A DNA stretch of 64,000 bases. It comes from Candidatus Sulfomarinibacteraceae bacterium (GTDB lineage Bacteria; Acidobacteriota; Thermoanaerobaculia; Thermoanaerobaculales; Sulfomarinibacteraceae). The stretch lies in the NCBI GenBank assembly GCA_963785275.1, contig CAWAUY010000028.1:1916-65915 (forward strand). The letters run 5' to 3'. A model generated the notes under the pieces. That model did not search any database. It was not told the origin of the DNA and was given only the letters and a program-made list of their open reading frames with translations. The position numbers were made by a program, and so were the translations under genes. Positions within the stretch are counted from its first letter, which is position 1. Every line of letters begins with the position of its first letter. Below are positions 31,530-40,700 of this stretch, piece after piece.

Positions 31530-32336
31530 ATGTTCCTGCACCGCGAGGGCGACCCTGCCGGCACGTATCTGATTCCACAGACGTCACACTCGTGGCTCGC
31601 CTGGCAGGTTGCCGAACACTGGGGCAACCGTTCCTTTGCCAGACCTGCCCCGCGCGCCGAAACGCTGGCCGCAGTTCTGCTTCACGACGGAGGATGGAGC
31701 GATTCCGACAGTGCGCCCTCGCTCGACGAGGACGGCCGGCCGCGGACCTTTGATCGATTGCCGGCGACCGACCACCTCGGTATCTGGCGAACAAGCACCG
31801 TGCGGGCCGCCCAGTACAGCCGATACTCGGGTCTCCTGGTCGGGGGGCACTTCACCTCGATGGCCCAACGCAAACTCACCGACCTCCTCGACCGCAACGA
31901 CATGGATGGCGCCCGGGTCGCGCAGGCCTTCGTCGCCGAGATGGAGCGGCACGAACACACCTGGATCGAGGAACTGAGCAGGGACGCCCGCTACCAACCA
32001 TATCTCGAGGGACCGGGCCGCGAGGTCAACGCCCGCCTCCTCGATACCTGCGATAGAGTATCGGTTTACCTGTGCGCCTCGCTGCCGGCGCCCTTCGAGG
32101 TCTGGGCGAAAAACGCCGCGGGCGAGACCGAGGTCATCACTTTTGAATCCGTCGATCCCACGACCTGGCGGGTCCACCCCTGGCCGCTTCAGGGGGACCG
32201 ACTTCAACTCCACTGTGAGGGGCGCCGTTTGGCCTCGGGGACCTTTGCTGATGAACCGGTTTTCAGGGAGACCCTGAGCCGGGCGCCGACTGTGCGATTG
32301 GTCTTCACCCTTCTGCGTTCTTCAGCGGTTGGTTGA
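31530..32336 (+). CDS. Hypothetical protein, DUF3891-like (HD-like motif)
   Basis: IPQTSHSWLAWQVAEHWG and AAVLLHDGGW resemble the DUF3891 N-terminus as I recall it. Only a moderate-confidence family call. Confidence 0.55.
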   Translation: MFLHREGDPAGTYLIPQTSHSWLAWQVAEHWGNRSFARPAPRAETLAAVLLHDGGWSDSDSAPSLDEDGRPRTFDRLPATDHLGIWRTSTVRAAQYSRYSGLLVGGHFTSMAQRKLTDLLDRNDMDGARVAQAFVAEMERHEHTWIEELSRDARYQPYLEGPGREVNARLLDTCDRVSVYLCASLPAPFEVWAKNAAGETEVITFESVDPTTWRVHPWPLQGDRLQLHCEGRRLASGTFADEPVFRETLSRAPTVRLVFTLLRSSAVG

Positions 32337-32360
32337 CATTCGCCTGACCTTGCCTACAAT
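32333..32360 (+). promoter_or_regulatory. Sigma70-type promoter of tRNA-Asn
   Basis: TTGACA(32333-32338)-N16-TACAAT(32355-32360), 19 nt upstream of the mature tRNA 5' end. Confidence 0.6.
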
Positions 32361-32378
32361 ATGCGTTTGCCGCTGTAT

Positions 32379-32453
32379 TCCGCAGTAGCTCAATGGTAGA
32401 GCGAGTGGCTGTTAACCACTATGTTGGGGGTTCAAGTCCCTCCTGCGGAGCCA
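32379..32453 (+). tRNA. tRNA-Asn (GTT), CCA encoded
   Basis: TCCGCAGTAGCTCAATGGTAGAGCGAGTGGCTGTTAACCACTATGTTGGGGGTTCAAGTCCCTCCTGCGGAGCCA. The cloverleaf folds with a 7-bp acceptor stem and anticodon loop CTGTTAA. Confidence 0.95.
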
Positions 32454-32462
32454 GATTTCATC

Positions 32463-32488
32463 GCCGGGGTCGTCCCCGGCATTTTTTT
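32463..32488 (+). terminator. Intrinsic terminator after tRNA-Asn
   Basis: GCCGGGG-TCGT-CCCCGGC followed by ATTTTTTT. Confidence 0.85.
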
Positions 32489-32542
32489 GATCCTTTGACC
32501 GTAACGGTTCGTGGCCGATTGTGAAAAATAGCGCAAAATCGG

Positions 32543-32571
32543 TTGACGTGATAATTTCCAAGGCGTATAAC
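32543..32571 (+). promoter_or_regulatory. Candidate sigma70 promoter of gdh, followed by a 9-bp GC 5'-UTR hairpin
   Basis: TTGACG(32543-32548)-N17-TATAAC(32566-32571). The hairpin is CGCGCGCGG(32573-32581)/CCGCGCGCG(32590-32598). AGGAGG follows at 32599-32604 and the ATG at 32610. Confidence 0.5.
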
Positions 32572-32609
32572 ACGCGCGCGGCGCTGATCCCGCGCGCGAG
32601 GAGGCGACG

Positions 32610-33893
32610 ATGGCAACAGAATTCAACGCATTTGCAATGGCCCAACGGCAGTTCGATGCGGTGGCCGACAAGCTCCAGCTCGACGAGGGCATTCGGGAGC
32701 TTCTGCGCTGGCCCCAGCGCGAGTTTCATTTCACCGTGCCGGTGCGGATGGATGATGGAAGCTACAAGGTTTTCAAGGGTTTTCGGGTGCAGCACAACGA
32801 CGCCCGTGGTCCCGCCAAAGGCGGCATCCGCTTTCACCCCCAGGAAACCGTTGACACGGTGCGTGCGCTGGCGACCTGGATGACCTGGAAGTGCGCCGTG
32901 GTCGATATCCCCCTCGGTGGCGGCAAAGGCGGTGTGATCTGCGATCCTCACGATCTGTCACCACGCGAACAGGAAGCGTTGTGCCGTGGTTGGGTCCGCC
33001 AGGTGTCGAAGAATGTCGGACCGGTCCAGGATGTGCCCGCCCCCGACGTGATGACCAACCCACAGCACATGGTGTGGATCATGGACGAGTACGAAAAGCT
33101 TGCCGGCGGCCACTACCCCGGATTCATCACCGGCAAGCCGGTCGAGGTGGGCGGTTCCCTGGGGCGGACCGAGGCCACGGGCTACGGTGTTATCTACACC
33201 GTGCGCGAGGCTTTGAAACGTTTCGACATCCCGGTGAAGGGCGTGCGCGCGACCATGCAGGGTTTCGGCAACGTCTCGCAATATGCCGCAAAGAAGCTGA
33301 TCGAGCTCGGTGGCATGGTGGTTGCTGTGGCCTGTTGGGACAACGATGATCACTGTGCCTACACCTTCCGCAAACCCGACGGAATCGATGTCGAGTTCCT
33401 GCTGTCGATCACCGATCGATTCGGCACGATCCACAAGGAGAAGGCCGAAGCGGCGGGGTACGAGGTCCTCGAGGCCGACGCCTGGCTCGACCAGGAGGCG
33501 GAGATCGTGATCCCGGCGGCGCTTGAAAACCAGATCACCGGCGACAACGTCAACCGCATCTCCGCGACGGCGAAAATTGTCGCCGAGGGCGCCAACGGTC
33601 CCACCACCCCGGAGGCCGACGCGGTGCTCAAGGAGCGCGGCATCTTCGTCATCCCCGATTTTCTGGCCAACGCGGGCGGGGTCACCTGTTCCTACTTCGA
33701 ACAGGTCCAATGCAACACCAACTTCTTCTGGCCCAAAGACGAGGTTCTCGAGCGCCTCGACCAGAAGATGACCCGCGCCTTTAACGCGGTCGCGGACCTC
33801 GCCCAGGAAACCGGGGAGTACATGCGCGACGCGGCCTACATGATCGCCATCCAACGGGTGGCCACTGCGTGCCATCTGCGGGGGTGGGCGTGA
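32610..33893 (+). CDS. gdh: Glutamate dehydrogenase (Glu/Leu/Phe/Val dehydrogenase family, about 425-aa GudB/RocG type)
   Basis: GPAKGGIRFHP and KCAVVDIPLGGGKGGV (catalytic Lys region), with the Rossmann motif QGFGNV. Confidence 0.95.
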   Translation: MATEFNAFAMAQRQFDAVADKLQLDEGIRELLRWPQREFHFTVPVRMDDGSYKVFKGFRVQHNDARGPAKGGIRFHPQETVDTVRALATWMTWKCAVVDIPLGGGKGGVICDPHDLSPREQEALCRGWVRQVSKNVGPVQDVPAPDVMTNPQHMVWIMDEYEKLAGGHYPGFITGKPVEVGGSLGRTEATGYGVIYTVREALKRFDIPVKGVRATMQGFGNVSQYAAKKLIELGGMVVAVACWDNDDHCAYTFRKPDGIDVEFLLSITDRFGTIHKEKAEAAGYEVLEADAWLDQEAEIVIPAALENQITGDNVNRISATAKIVAEGANGPTTPEADAVLKERGIFVIPDFLANAGGVTCSYFEQVQCNTNFFWPKDEVLERLDQKMTRAFNAVADLAQETGEYMRDAAYMIAIQRVATACHLRGWA

Positions 33894-33894
33894 C

Positions 33895-34010
33895 GGAAAT
33901 TTTGAATGTTAAGTTTTGAGTTTTGAGTTTCCGGCTGCGACGACTCGGCAAGCCCGAGTGGAAATTCCAGGTCAATTCAAAATTCAAAATTCAAAATTGA
34001 AAATTGAACC
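33895..34010 (+). repeat. Heptamer-repeat hairpin element A (TTTTGAR x4 ... AATTSAA x5)
   Basis: The left arm holds TTTTGAA TGTTAAG TTTTGAG TTTTGAG (33900-33927). The right arm holds AATTCAA x3 plus AATTGAA x2 (33974-34008). 33897-33929 pairs with 33974-34006: 26 Watson-Crick pairs, 3 G.U and 4 mismatches. The apical GC mini-hairpin is ACTCGG/CCGAGT (33943-33959). The element starts 2 nt after the gdh stop. Confidence 0.7.
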
Positions 34011-34013
34011 GTG

Positions 34014-34041
34014 TTGACCAACAAGGGGCCGTTGATATAGT
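34014..34041 (+). promoter_or_regulatory. Sigma70-type promoter of tRNA-Gln
   Basis: TTGACC(34014-34019)-N16-TATAGT(34036-34041), 27 nt upstream of the tRNA 5' end. Confidence 0.55.
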
Positions 34042-34067
34042 CTCCGCCCCTGTTTGATGACCCGTGT

Positions 34068-34141
34068 TGGGGTGTCGTCCAATGGTAGGACATGCGGCTC
34101 TGGACCGTAGTATCGGGGTTCGAATCCCTGCACCCCAGCCA
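34068..34141 (+). tRNA. tRNA-Gln (CTG), CCA encoded
   Basis: TGGGGTGTCGTCCAATGGTAGGACATGCGGCTCTGGACCGTAGTATCGGGGTTCGAATCCCTGCACCCCAGCCA. U1-A72 is typical of tRNA-Gln. The anticodon loop is CTCTGGA. Confidence 0.95.
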
Positions 34142-34151
34142 ATTCAGTTTT

Positions 34152-34176
34152 AAAAACCGGCCCACGCCGGTTTTTT
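34152..34176. terminator. Bidirectional intrinsic terminator (tRNA-Gln / thiamine pyrophosphokinase gene)
   Basis: AAAAACCGGC-CCAC-GCCGGTTTTTT. An A-run and a T-run flank a 5-bp GC stem. Confidence 0.75.
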
Positions 34177-34816
34177 ATATTGAGGCGTCATGCTGTCGCA
34201 TGACGATGACGGCCCCGCCTTCGGCCCGGACGCGGACCTCGTTGTGCGTGGCCTCGTTCGAGATTGACGGTCGGTTGCCTGCGTCGACGGCAGCGTTGTC
34301 GATCGGCCAGCGGACGCCGCCGACAGTGACGCGGGTGGTGGGATCGTAGCTCCAGAATGACCACGTTTCGCCGGGAACCGCATCGAGTCGGACGTCGCCG
34401 CGGATCGCCAGCAGTCGGTGTGAGTCGCCCTCGAAGACGAGGCGAGGCCCGAGAGCCAATCGGGCCAACAAGCCGAGGTTGCCGAGGTCGTGGTCGACCC
34501 GGCCACCGGTTGCGGCGAGAACCGTGATTTCCTGCACTCGCAAATTTTCAAACGCGTACTCCAGGGCCTTGTCGAGGTCGGTACGGTCCTGGTCCGGCCT
34601 CTCGATCATCAGATCGTCTCCGAGCCACGAGCGGGTCGACTCGCTGATCGAATCGAGATCACCGACCACCGCGACCGGGCGCAGTCCGACCCGAGCGAGG
34701 TGATCGGCCCCGCCGTCGGCCGCCAGCAAGTGTTCGGCGCCTGCGGCGAGCGCTGTCAAACGCGGTGTCCAGCGGAGGGGAGCGTTTGCCACCAGAACTG
34801 TTCGTGGGGCTGCCAT
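34175..34816 (-). CDS. thiN: Thiamine pyrophosphokinase
   Basis: VAVVGDLDSI (GDxDS motif), LAATGGRVDHDLGN, and a C-terminal thiamine-binding beta-domain. 213 aa. Confidence 0.8.
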   Translation of the reverse strand: MAAPRTVLVANAPLRWTPRLTALAAGAEHLLAADGGADHLARVGLRPVAVVGDLDSISESTRSWLGDDLMIERPDQDRTDLDKALEYAFENLRVQEITVLAATGGRVDHDLGNLGLLARLALGPRLVFEGDSHRLLAIRGDVRLDAVPGETWSFWSYDPTTRVTVGGVRWPIDNAAVDAGNRPSISNEATHNEVRVRAEGGAVIVMRQHDASI

Positions 34817-34883
34817 GATTCGATGGTACAGGAGCGATCAACGCCTGCCACCGCGAGGAACATTGGTGCTAAACTAACTACCG

Positions 34884-36395
34884 ATGCAGAACTCGATTGA
34901 CAATCTATCCGGCACGGTTTATATCCCGGACACATCCGCACTTATCGAAAACCCCGACGCCCTCGATCGCCTCCTCACAGGCGGCAATATCGTGGTGCTC
35001 CTGCACCAGGTCATCGAGGAACTCGGCCGCCTGCAGGCCTCTCGCTCCAAGTCGGAGGGCGTGCGCCACGCGGCGCGTCTGGTGATGCGAAAGATGCTGG
35101 AGTATCGACGCCACCAGTTGATCCACCACAGCGTCGAACGGCTCTTCAACAACCAAACCGGAGCGGAGGAGTTTCGCAAGACTCCTGCCGGCGGGATACT
35201 CGCATGGGAACCGGACGGCGCGGTCGCGGCCCCCTACTCGGCCGAGTCGGGCGACAATCTGATCCTCGCGAGTGCCCAGCGCATTGCCGACGTCGCCAGA
35301 TCGAACGGTCACCCGGGTTATGAAGTGGTTGTGATCTCGGAGGATTCCAACCTCCTCCTGAAGTGTGACGCCCTGTCGATCTCCGCCGAGAATCTGCGCT
35401 ACGGCAAGGTCAGCCTCGACAACGTCGAGCAGATTTACCGGGGCGCGGTCGATGGCGAGATCGGTGAGGATGCCTTCCAGCTATTCCTCGATAGCGGCGC
35501 CCCCGGCGAGCGCTCTCTGCCGTTTTCCGAGATCGGCTTTTCAGAGTCCTTGGAACTGTTGTGGAATCTCGGCGTGGTGCTGCGGTGCGGTGAGGATATC
35601 TTGATCACCCGTTGCAACCCCGACCTTGAACAGGTCGAAGACCTGCGTTTTGCCCAGTATTGGGACCGCAAACGGGCGACCTACAAACCGCGTCCAATTC
35701 TCGGTTTCACCCCGCGCGACCCGCAGCAGATCCTCGGGATGGAGTTCCTGCTCGACCCCGATGTGCAACTGGTGGTGCTCGACGGTCCGGCCGGCTCGGG
35801 CAAGACGCGGATGATGGTGGCGACCGGTCTCTACATGCTGATCGGCCAACCCACAACGTGGCGTGTGGCGCCCCATTCGCAACCCTTGACGCCGGACTAC
35901 GGTTACGATCACGGCCTCCTCCTGTTGCGCCCGGAACACGCCTCGAGCCAGTACGATCTCGGCTATCTTCCGGGCGACTACGAGAGCAAGCTCTCGCCGT
36001 GGCTCGAGCCCTTCTTCCAGGCCGTGCGGTCGTTGTCCCTGTCGAACGAGCATGACTTCATGGAGGAGTTGCGCTCCACCGACCGGTTGACGATGGTCTC
36101 GACGTCGATGTTGCGGGGCCTCGATATCGAGCGGTCGATCGTCCTCGTCGACGAGCTCCAAAACGGAGACCGCCACCTCGCCAAGACCCTGATGAGCCGC
36201 TTTTGTGCGACCTCGAAGGTCGCTCTCGCGGGCTGCCTCGACCCGGTCCAGATCGACAACCCCTATGTGGACTGGCGCTCCAACGCGCTGACGCGCATCA
36301 AGGAAGCCTACAAGGGCTTCGGGCCTCAGGTCGCACAGGTGCGGCTCGAGCACAACTACCGCGGACCGATCTCCACGAGGGCCGACCTGCTCTGA
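34884..36395 (+). CDS. PIN-domain plus PhoH-like ATPase protein (YlaK-type)
   Basis: N-terminal PIN domain (YIPDTSALIENPDAL...VVLLHQVIEEL) and the PhoH-type P-loop VVLDGPAGSGKTRM with LVDELQN. Confidence 0.85.
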   Translation: MQNSIDNLSGTVYIPDTSALIENPDALDRLLTGGNIVVLLHQVIEELGRLQASRSKSEGVRHAARLVMRKMLEYRRHQLIHHSVERLFNNQTGAEEFRKTPAGGILAWEPDGAVAAPYSAESGDNLILASAQRIADVARSNGHPGYEVVVISEDSNLLLKCDALSISAENLRYGKVSLDNVEQIYRGAVDGEIGEDAFQLFLDSGAPGERSLPFSEIGFSESLELLWNLGVVLRCGEDILITRCNPDLEQVEDLRFAQYWDRKRATYKPRPILGFTPRDPQQILGMEFLLDPDVQLVVLDGPAGSGKTRMMVATGLYMLIGQPTTWRVAPHSQPLTPDYGYDHGLLLLRPEHASSQYDLGYLPGDYESKLSPWLEPFFQAVRSLSLSNEHDFMEELRSTDRLTMVSTSMLRGLDIERSIVLVDELQNGDRHLAKTLMSRFCATSKVALAGCLDPVQIDNPYVDWRSNALTRIKEAYKGFGPQVAQVRLEHNYRGPISTRADLL

Positions 36396-36408
36396 CGGCC
36401 GGCCGGCC

Positions 36409-36499
36409 AAATTTTGAATTCTCAATTCCCATCAACCTGCGCGGGCATCGAGGTGTGGGCCCGTCATTCAAAATTCAAAATTGAGAATTAAGAATTCAC
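36409..36499 (+). repeat. Heptamer-repeat hairpin element B (same family as element A)
   Basis: The left end AAATTTTGAATTCTCAATT (36409-36427) shares AAATTTTGAAT with element A. The right array is CATTCAA AATTCAA AATTGAG AATTAAG AATTCAC (36465-36499). 36410-36427 pairs with 36479-36496: 16 Watson-Crick pairs, 1 U.G and 1 mismatch (g36416/a36490), including 11 consecutive pairs. It is preceded by GGCCGGCCGGCC (36397-36408). The right arm overlaps the osmC stop codon. Confidence 0.65.
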
Positions 36500-36892
36500 G
36501 GTCGTTTCCACCACGAACTCCGGCGGGTTTTCCATCGTCTTTTTAACCGCGCACTGGCCGGCCGCGCGGACGAGGGCCGAGTGGTACTTCTCGGGGAACT
36601 CGGGAGGCACGTCGATCTTGATACGGATCACAGTCATCCGTCTGGTCTTCTCGTCACGCTCCCAGCTTTGGACAAGCTTGATGCCGTCGTGCGGGATGTT
36701 CCGCTTCTGGCAGAAACCGAGCACATAGATCCCGGCGCAGGTGGCGAGCGACGCGAGAAAGAGATCGAACGGTTCGGGTGCCGAAGCCTGTCCGCCGTTT
36801 TTCAGCGACTGATCGGTGACGATCTCGAAGCCGTCGAGGTCAGCGGTCACGCGTTGACCACCTGGAAAGGTCACGGTCAATTCGTTGTTCAT
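36488..36892 (-). CDS. OsmC-family peroxiredoxin-like protein
   Basis: SAPEPFDLFLASLATCAGIYV and RAAGQCAVKKT give the two conserved Cys of OsmC/Ohr. 134 aa. Confidence 0.85.
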   Translation of the reverse strand: MNNELTVTFPGGQRVTADLDGFEIVTDQSLKNGGQASAPEPFDLFLASLATCAGIYVLGFCQKRNIPHDGIKLVQSWERDEKTRRMTVIRIKIDVPPEFPEKYHSALVRAAGQCAVKKTMENPPEFVVETTVNS

Positions 36893-37641
36893 CGATCCTC
36901 CTTCACGAATCTGAATACGGCGAGCTCTTCGAGGTTGCCCTTCTGCCCCCTGATCGGCGACGGTATGCTGCCGATGACGGAAAGACCGAGCGATCTCAAA
37001 CTCTCGATGGTGTCGTCAATGACCTTGCGGCGAACGCTTTCGTCGCGGACGATGCCGCCTTTGCCGACCTGGTCTCGTCCGGCTTCGAACTGAGGTTTCA
37101 CGAGACACACGAGCCGCGCTTCCGGGAGCAGGTGCGGGAACAGTGCGGGGATCACCAGCCGAAGCGAAATGAACGAGACGTCGACCGTGGCGAGGGCGGC
37201 GGCGAAGGGCAGATCTTCGGCGGCGAGGTGGCGGGCGTTGACGCCCTCGAACACGATCACGCGGGGGTCGGTCCGCAGCCGCCAGTCGAGCTGTCCGCGC
37301 CCGACATCGAGAGCGATCACCCGGGCAGCGCCCTTTTGCAGCATCAGATCCGTAAAACCACCGGTCGAGGCGCCGACGTCGAGACAGTCAAGACCCGAAG
37401 GTGAGATGTCGAATGTCTCGAGGGCGGCGGCGAGTTTGAGCCCGCCCCGCGACACATAGGGGTGATCCGGCACCGCGATCTCGATTTCGGCGTCCGGAGT
37501 CACCTGGGTGCCGGCCTTGCTTTCGACCGCGCCGTCCACCGTGACCTTGCCGGCGAGAATCAGCGCCTGGGCGCGTGCTCGTGACGGCGCCAGATCGCGC
37601 TCGGTGAGCAGAATGTCGAGGCGTCTCTTCTCAGTTGCCAC
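36889..37641 (-). CDS. tlyA: TlyA-family rRNA (cytidine-2'-O)-methyltransferase
   Basis: S4 domain RLDILLTERDLAPSRARAQALILAGKVTV, YVSRGGLKL, and the SAM motif LDVGASTGGFTD. The stop overlaps the osmC start (ATGA). Confidence 0.9.
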   Translation of the reverse strand: MATEKRRLDILLTERDLAPSRARAQALILAGKVTVDGAVESKAGTQVTPDAEIEIAVPDHPYVSRGGLKLAAALETFDISPSGLDCLDVGASTGGFTDLMLQKGAARVIALDVGRGQLDWRLRTDPRVIVFEGVNARHLAAEDLPFAAALATVDVSFISLRLVIPALFPHLLPEARLVCLVKPQFEAGRDQVGKGGIVRDESVRRKVIDDTIESLRSLGLSVIGSIPSPIRGQKGNLEELAVFRFVKEDR

Positions 37642-37777
37642 GCCCCGATCCTATCGAGGTTCGGGCGCTGGCGCTATGGGCCCTGGGATATCAAAGTTCA
37701 TCAGATATGCAGGCCAATCCGAGCTGGTTGTCTGGACGAACTGTAGGGAGGGCTTGAGCCCACCATCAGAGTCTGCT

Positions 37778-40700
37778 TCACTGCCTCACTGCCTCGTCGA
37801 GCGGGATCGTCACCAGGTGGTTTTCCCACGTTTGTGAAGCCACCAGGCTTCCATCTGGCATGAGTGCCACGGCGGTGACTCCCGGCAAGCCGTCGCGCAG
37901 CAACCGGGCGGGCGTTTGACCGGTCGGATCGACGTGCCACACCTCGCCGGTGCTCGGCGCCGTAGCAGCCAGCATTCCCGAAGGCAGCACCGCGAGGTAG
38001 GCCTCCTGTTGGTCGCCGTTGCTCCAGCCGGGGACGTCCAATCGACGGACCACCTGGCCCGTCGCCGTGTCCACCAGAGCGACCGCTCCGTCGACCGGAA
38101 CCGCAGCGGCCAGCAGCCCCGCCGACCACGCCAGACCCGTCACCGGTCCGGGCAGGGTCGCGACGACGGTCTCGCGCCATTCGGGTGGATCGAATCGCAG
38201 CAGACGCCGGTTTCCGGTGTCGGCCACAAACAGGCTGCCGTCGCCCGACCACAGTGCGTCGCGCGGTCCAAAGAGGTTTTTGCCGATGATTTTGATGGTG
38301 CCGTCGGGTAGAAGAAGCTGAACACGCCCATTCCAGGTATCGGCGACGGCGAGAGTGCCGTCTGCGGCCAGGGCGAGCCCCGACGGCTCCTTGAAAGTCC
38401 CGGGCGCAGTCCCCTCCTCACCCAAGACATCGAGACAGGCGCCCTGCGCGCTGAACCATTGAATGCGGTGGTTGAGGGTGTCGGCGACCGCGATCCAGCC
38501 GCCCGGCGACACCGCGAGACCCCGGGGCTCGCGCAGGCCGTTTCCGGCCCTCCCGGAGCCGCGCTGCCAGGGCGACGGACAACCAGGAGCAATCGACTCG
38601 ATGATGAGGCCGTCGGATCGGATCAGCCACAGGCTGTGGCCGCGCCCCGCGACGGCGTTGATTTCTCCCGCTCCCGGGAGGATCTGGCGCCAGGGCAAAA
38701 GACCTCCGCCGCTGCGGTGGACGCCCTGGCTGTCGACGGCCACCAGGTCCTTGCCCTGCCAGGCCAGAGATCGGACGCCGTCGAGAGCTCCACCGACTGC
38801 CGCCGGCTGGTCGCCCCGTCCCAATCGCACACTCCGTCCGTCGCTCCAGGCGAGCCAGTCGTCGTTGGCCGCGGCAGCCGTCACGGCGTCCGAAAAGGCG
38901 CGGCTCCACGTGTCGCCGTCACGCCGCCAGACACCCTCGTCGCCCCACGCCCAGAGAACTTCGCCTGCGGCCAGCCCGAGGGCGCCGGAGAGCCGTCCCT
39001 TCGGCTGCCAATTCTCACCGGCGAATCGAAACACTCGTCCGTCCGCACATAGGGACCAGGCTCTGTCCTGCCACCGTACCGCTCCGAGAACGTCACACGG
39101 CGGGATGGGCAGGGTGCCCGATGGCCACCCGGCGAGGTCGAGCTCGATCACCTGTCCGTCGAGGAGCGTTGCGAGAGCTCCCTTGCCATCGAGGGCCAGG
39201 GATCGGACGACGTCGTGCCGGGTTTCCGGCAACTCGGCGATCACAGTCGCCCCTTTTGGAAGTTGCATCGCGGGCGCGATCGGCGTTCGGGGCGCGACCC
39301 CTTCGGTGACCCGATAGAGCATCGCGCCATCGTGTTCCGCCACTTTGACGAGACCGGGGACCTCCTGCATCGCGCCGTCTCCCGTGAGTTGGTACTGCTC
39401 GCGCTCGAGATCGGCGAGCACCACCCACTGCACATCGTACCGGTCGAGCACCGCTCTTCGAGCCCGGTGGTCTCGGCCGGAGTACAGGGTCTTCAGATCA
39501 TCGAAGCGCGCGCCGATCTCTTCGACCGACTGGCCTCGTTGCTGGAGGTGCCACTCCCAGCCGACGACGGTCGGCTGCCCGGTGTGCATGACCATCCTGG
39601 TGTGTTGGGAGTAGGAGGCACCGGCCGATTCCGCCACCACGTCGCCGGGACGGGCCACGCCCTGAAGAGCGCGAACGAGAAAGGCGGTCTGGCGATCGCG
39701 ACCTGCGAGGTACGCCTGGCCGTTCAGCGACGGACGCGGTGACGCGGTTCTCGGTTGGATCCAGCCCTGCGCGATGCCGAGCGGCAGGTTGACGGCGGCG
39801 ACGAGCTGGAGCGGCAACCAGACGGCAAATACCAGCCGGCGCCTCCCGCCTCGAGTCCGCAACAGAACGACGGCGAGGGCGAGAGCGAACACGACCCACA
39901 CGCCGTTGTAAATCTTGAAAATGGTGTTCATGCGATCGATCAAGGTGAATCGTTCGCAGGCCGCGATCGCGAGACAGCCGAGCGCCGCGAGGGCCCACGC
40001 CATGCGGTCGAGACGGAAGCGGCGCGAGATGGCGACGGTTGCAAAAACCGCTGCAACAGCAAGCGCCAGGGCAGCGGCCGAGGAGCCGAAAGCGAGACCG
40101 CCCCAGACTCCGAGACCTGCGGTGGGGAGGACGATCCACCAGCGTCGCCCGAGAAGAGCCATCCCAAGCACCGCCATCGGCACCATGAACAGACCGAAGT
40201 GCCGCAGCACAGCCCACGCCGGTGCGAAATCGGCGTGGGTGACGAAGAGACCTCTGCCTCCGGCGCCGGCGTTGATTCCGGCAACGAGTTCGTAGACAAA
40301 GGGGAGTGCGGCTGCCAGGCTGAGGGTGCCCGCCGCCGCAAGACGGCCGAGGCCCGCAATCGGTTTCCGCGCCGCCGCCACGGTCCCGACAAAGAGGACC
40401 GCCGTGAGGAGAAAGAGATCCCAGGGGTTGGTGGCCACAACGACTGCCGCTCCGATGCCGCACACGCAGGCCGCGGCCAACCACTGCCGGTTGCGCGCAC
40501 TGACGGTGATCCAGCCCCAGAACAGAGTCGCCAAAAAGACCGGCAGGGCGATGAAGTGTCCGTGGAGGTCAGCAAAGAGCGCAGTCCACAAGGGATACTC
40601 GGTGATGGCGAATCCCGGCACGACCCTCGATGTCGCCCACCAGAGATCGAAGATCTTGTTCTTCTGTGCGAGATCGAACAGCCACGGCCAGGCGAGGTTT

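Noticed and set aside
33895-34010. Short tandem repeats at 33.9, 36.4, 56.3 and 60.2 kb considered as possible CRISPR arrays.
   Set aside because: The units are only 7 nt, directly abutting with no spacers, and arranged as inverted arrays. No cas genes are present. This is not CRISPR.
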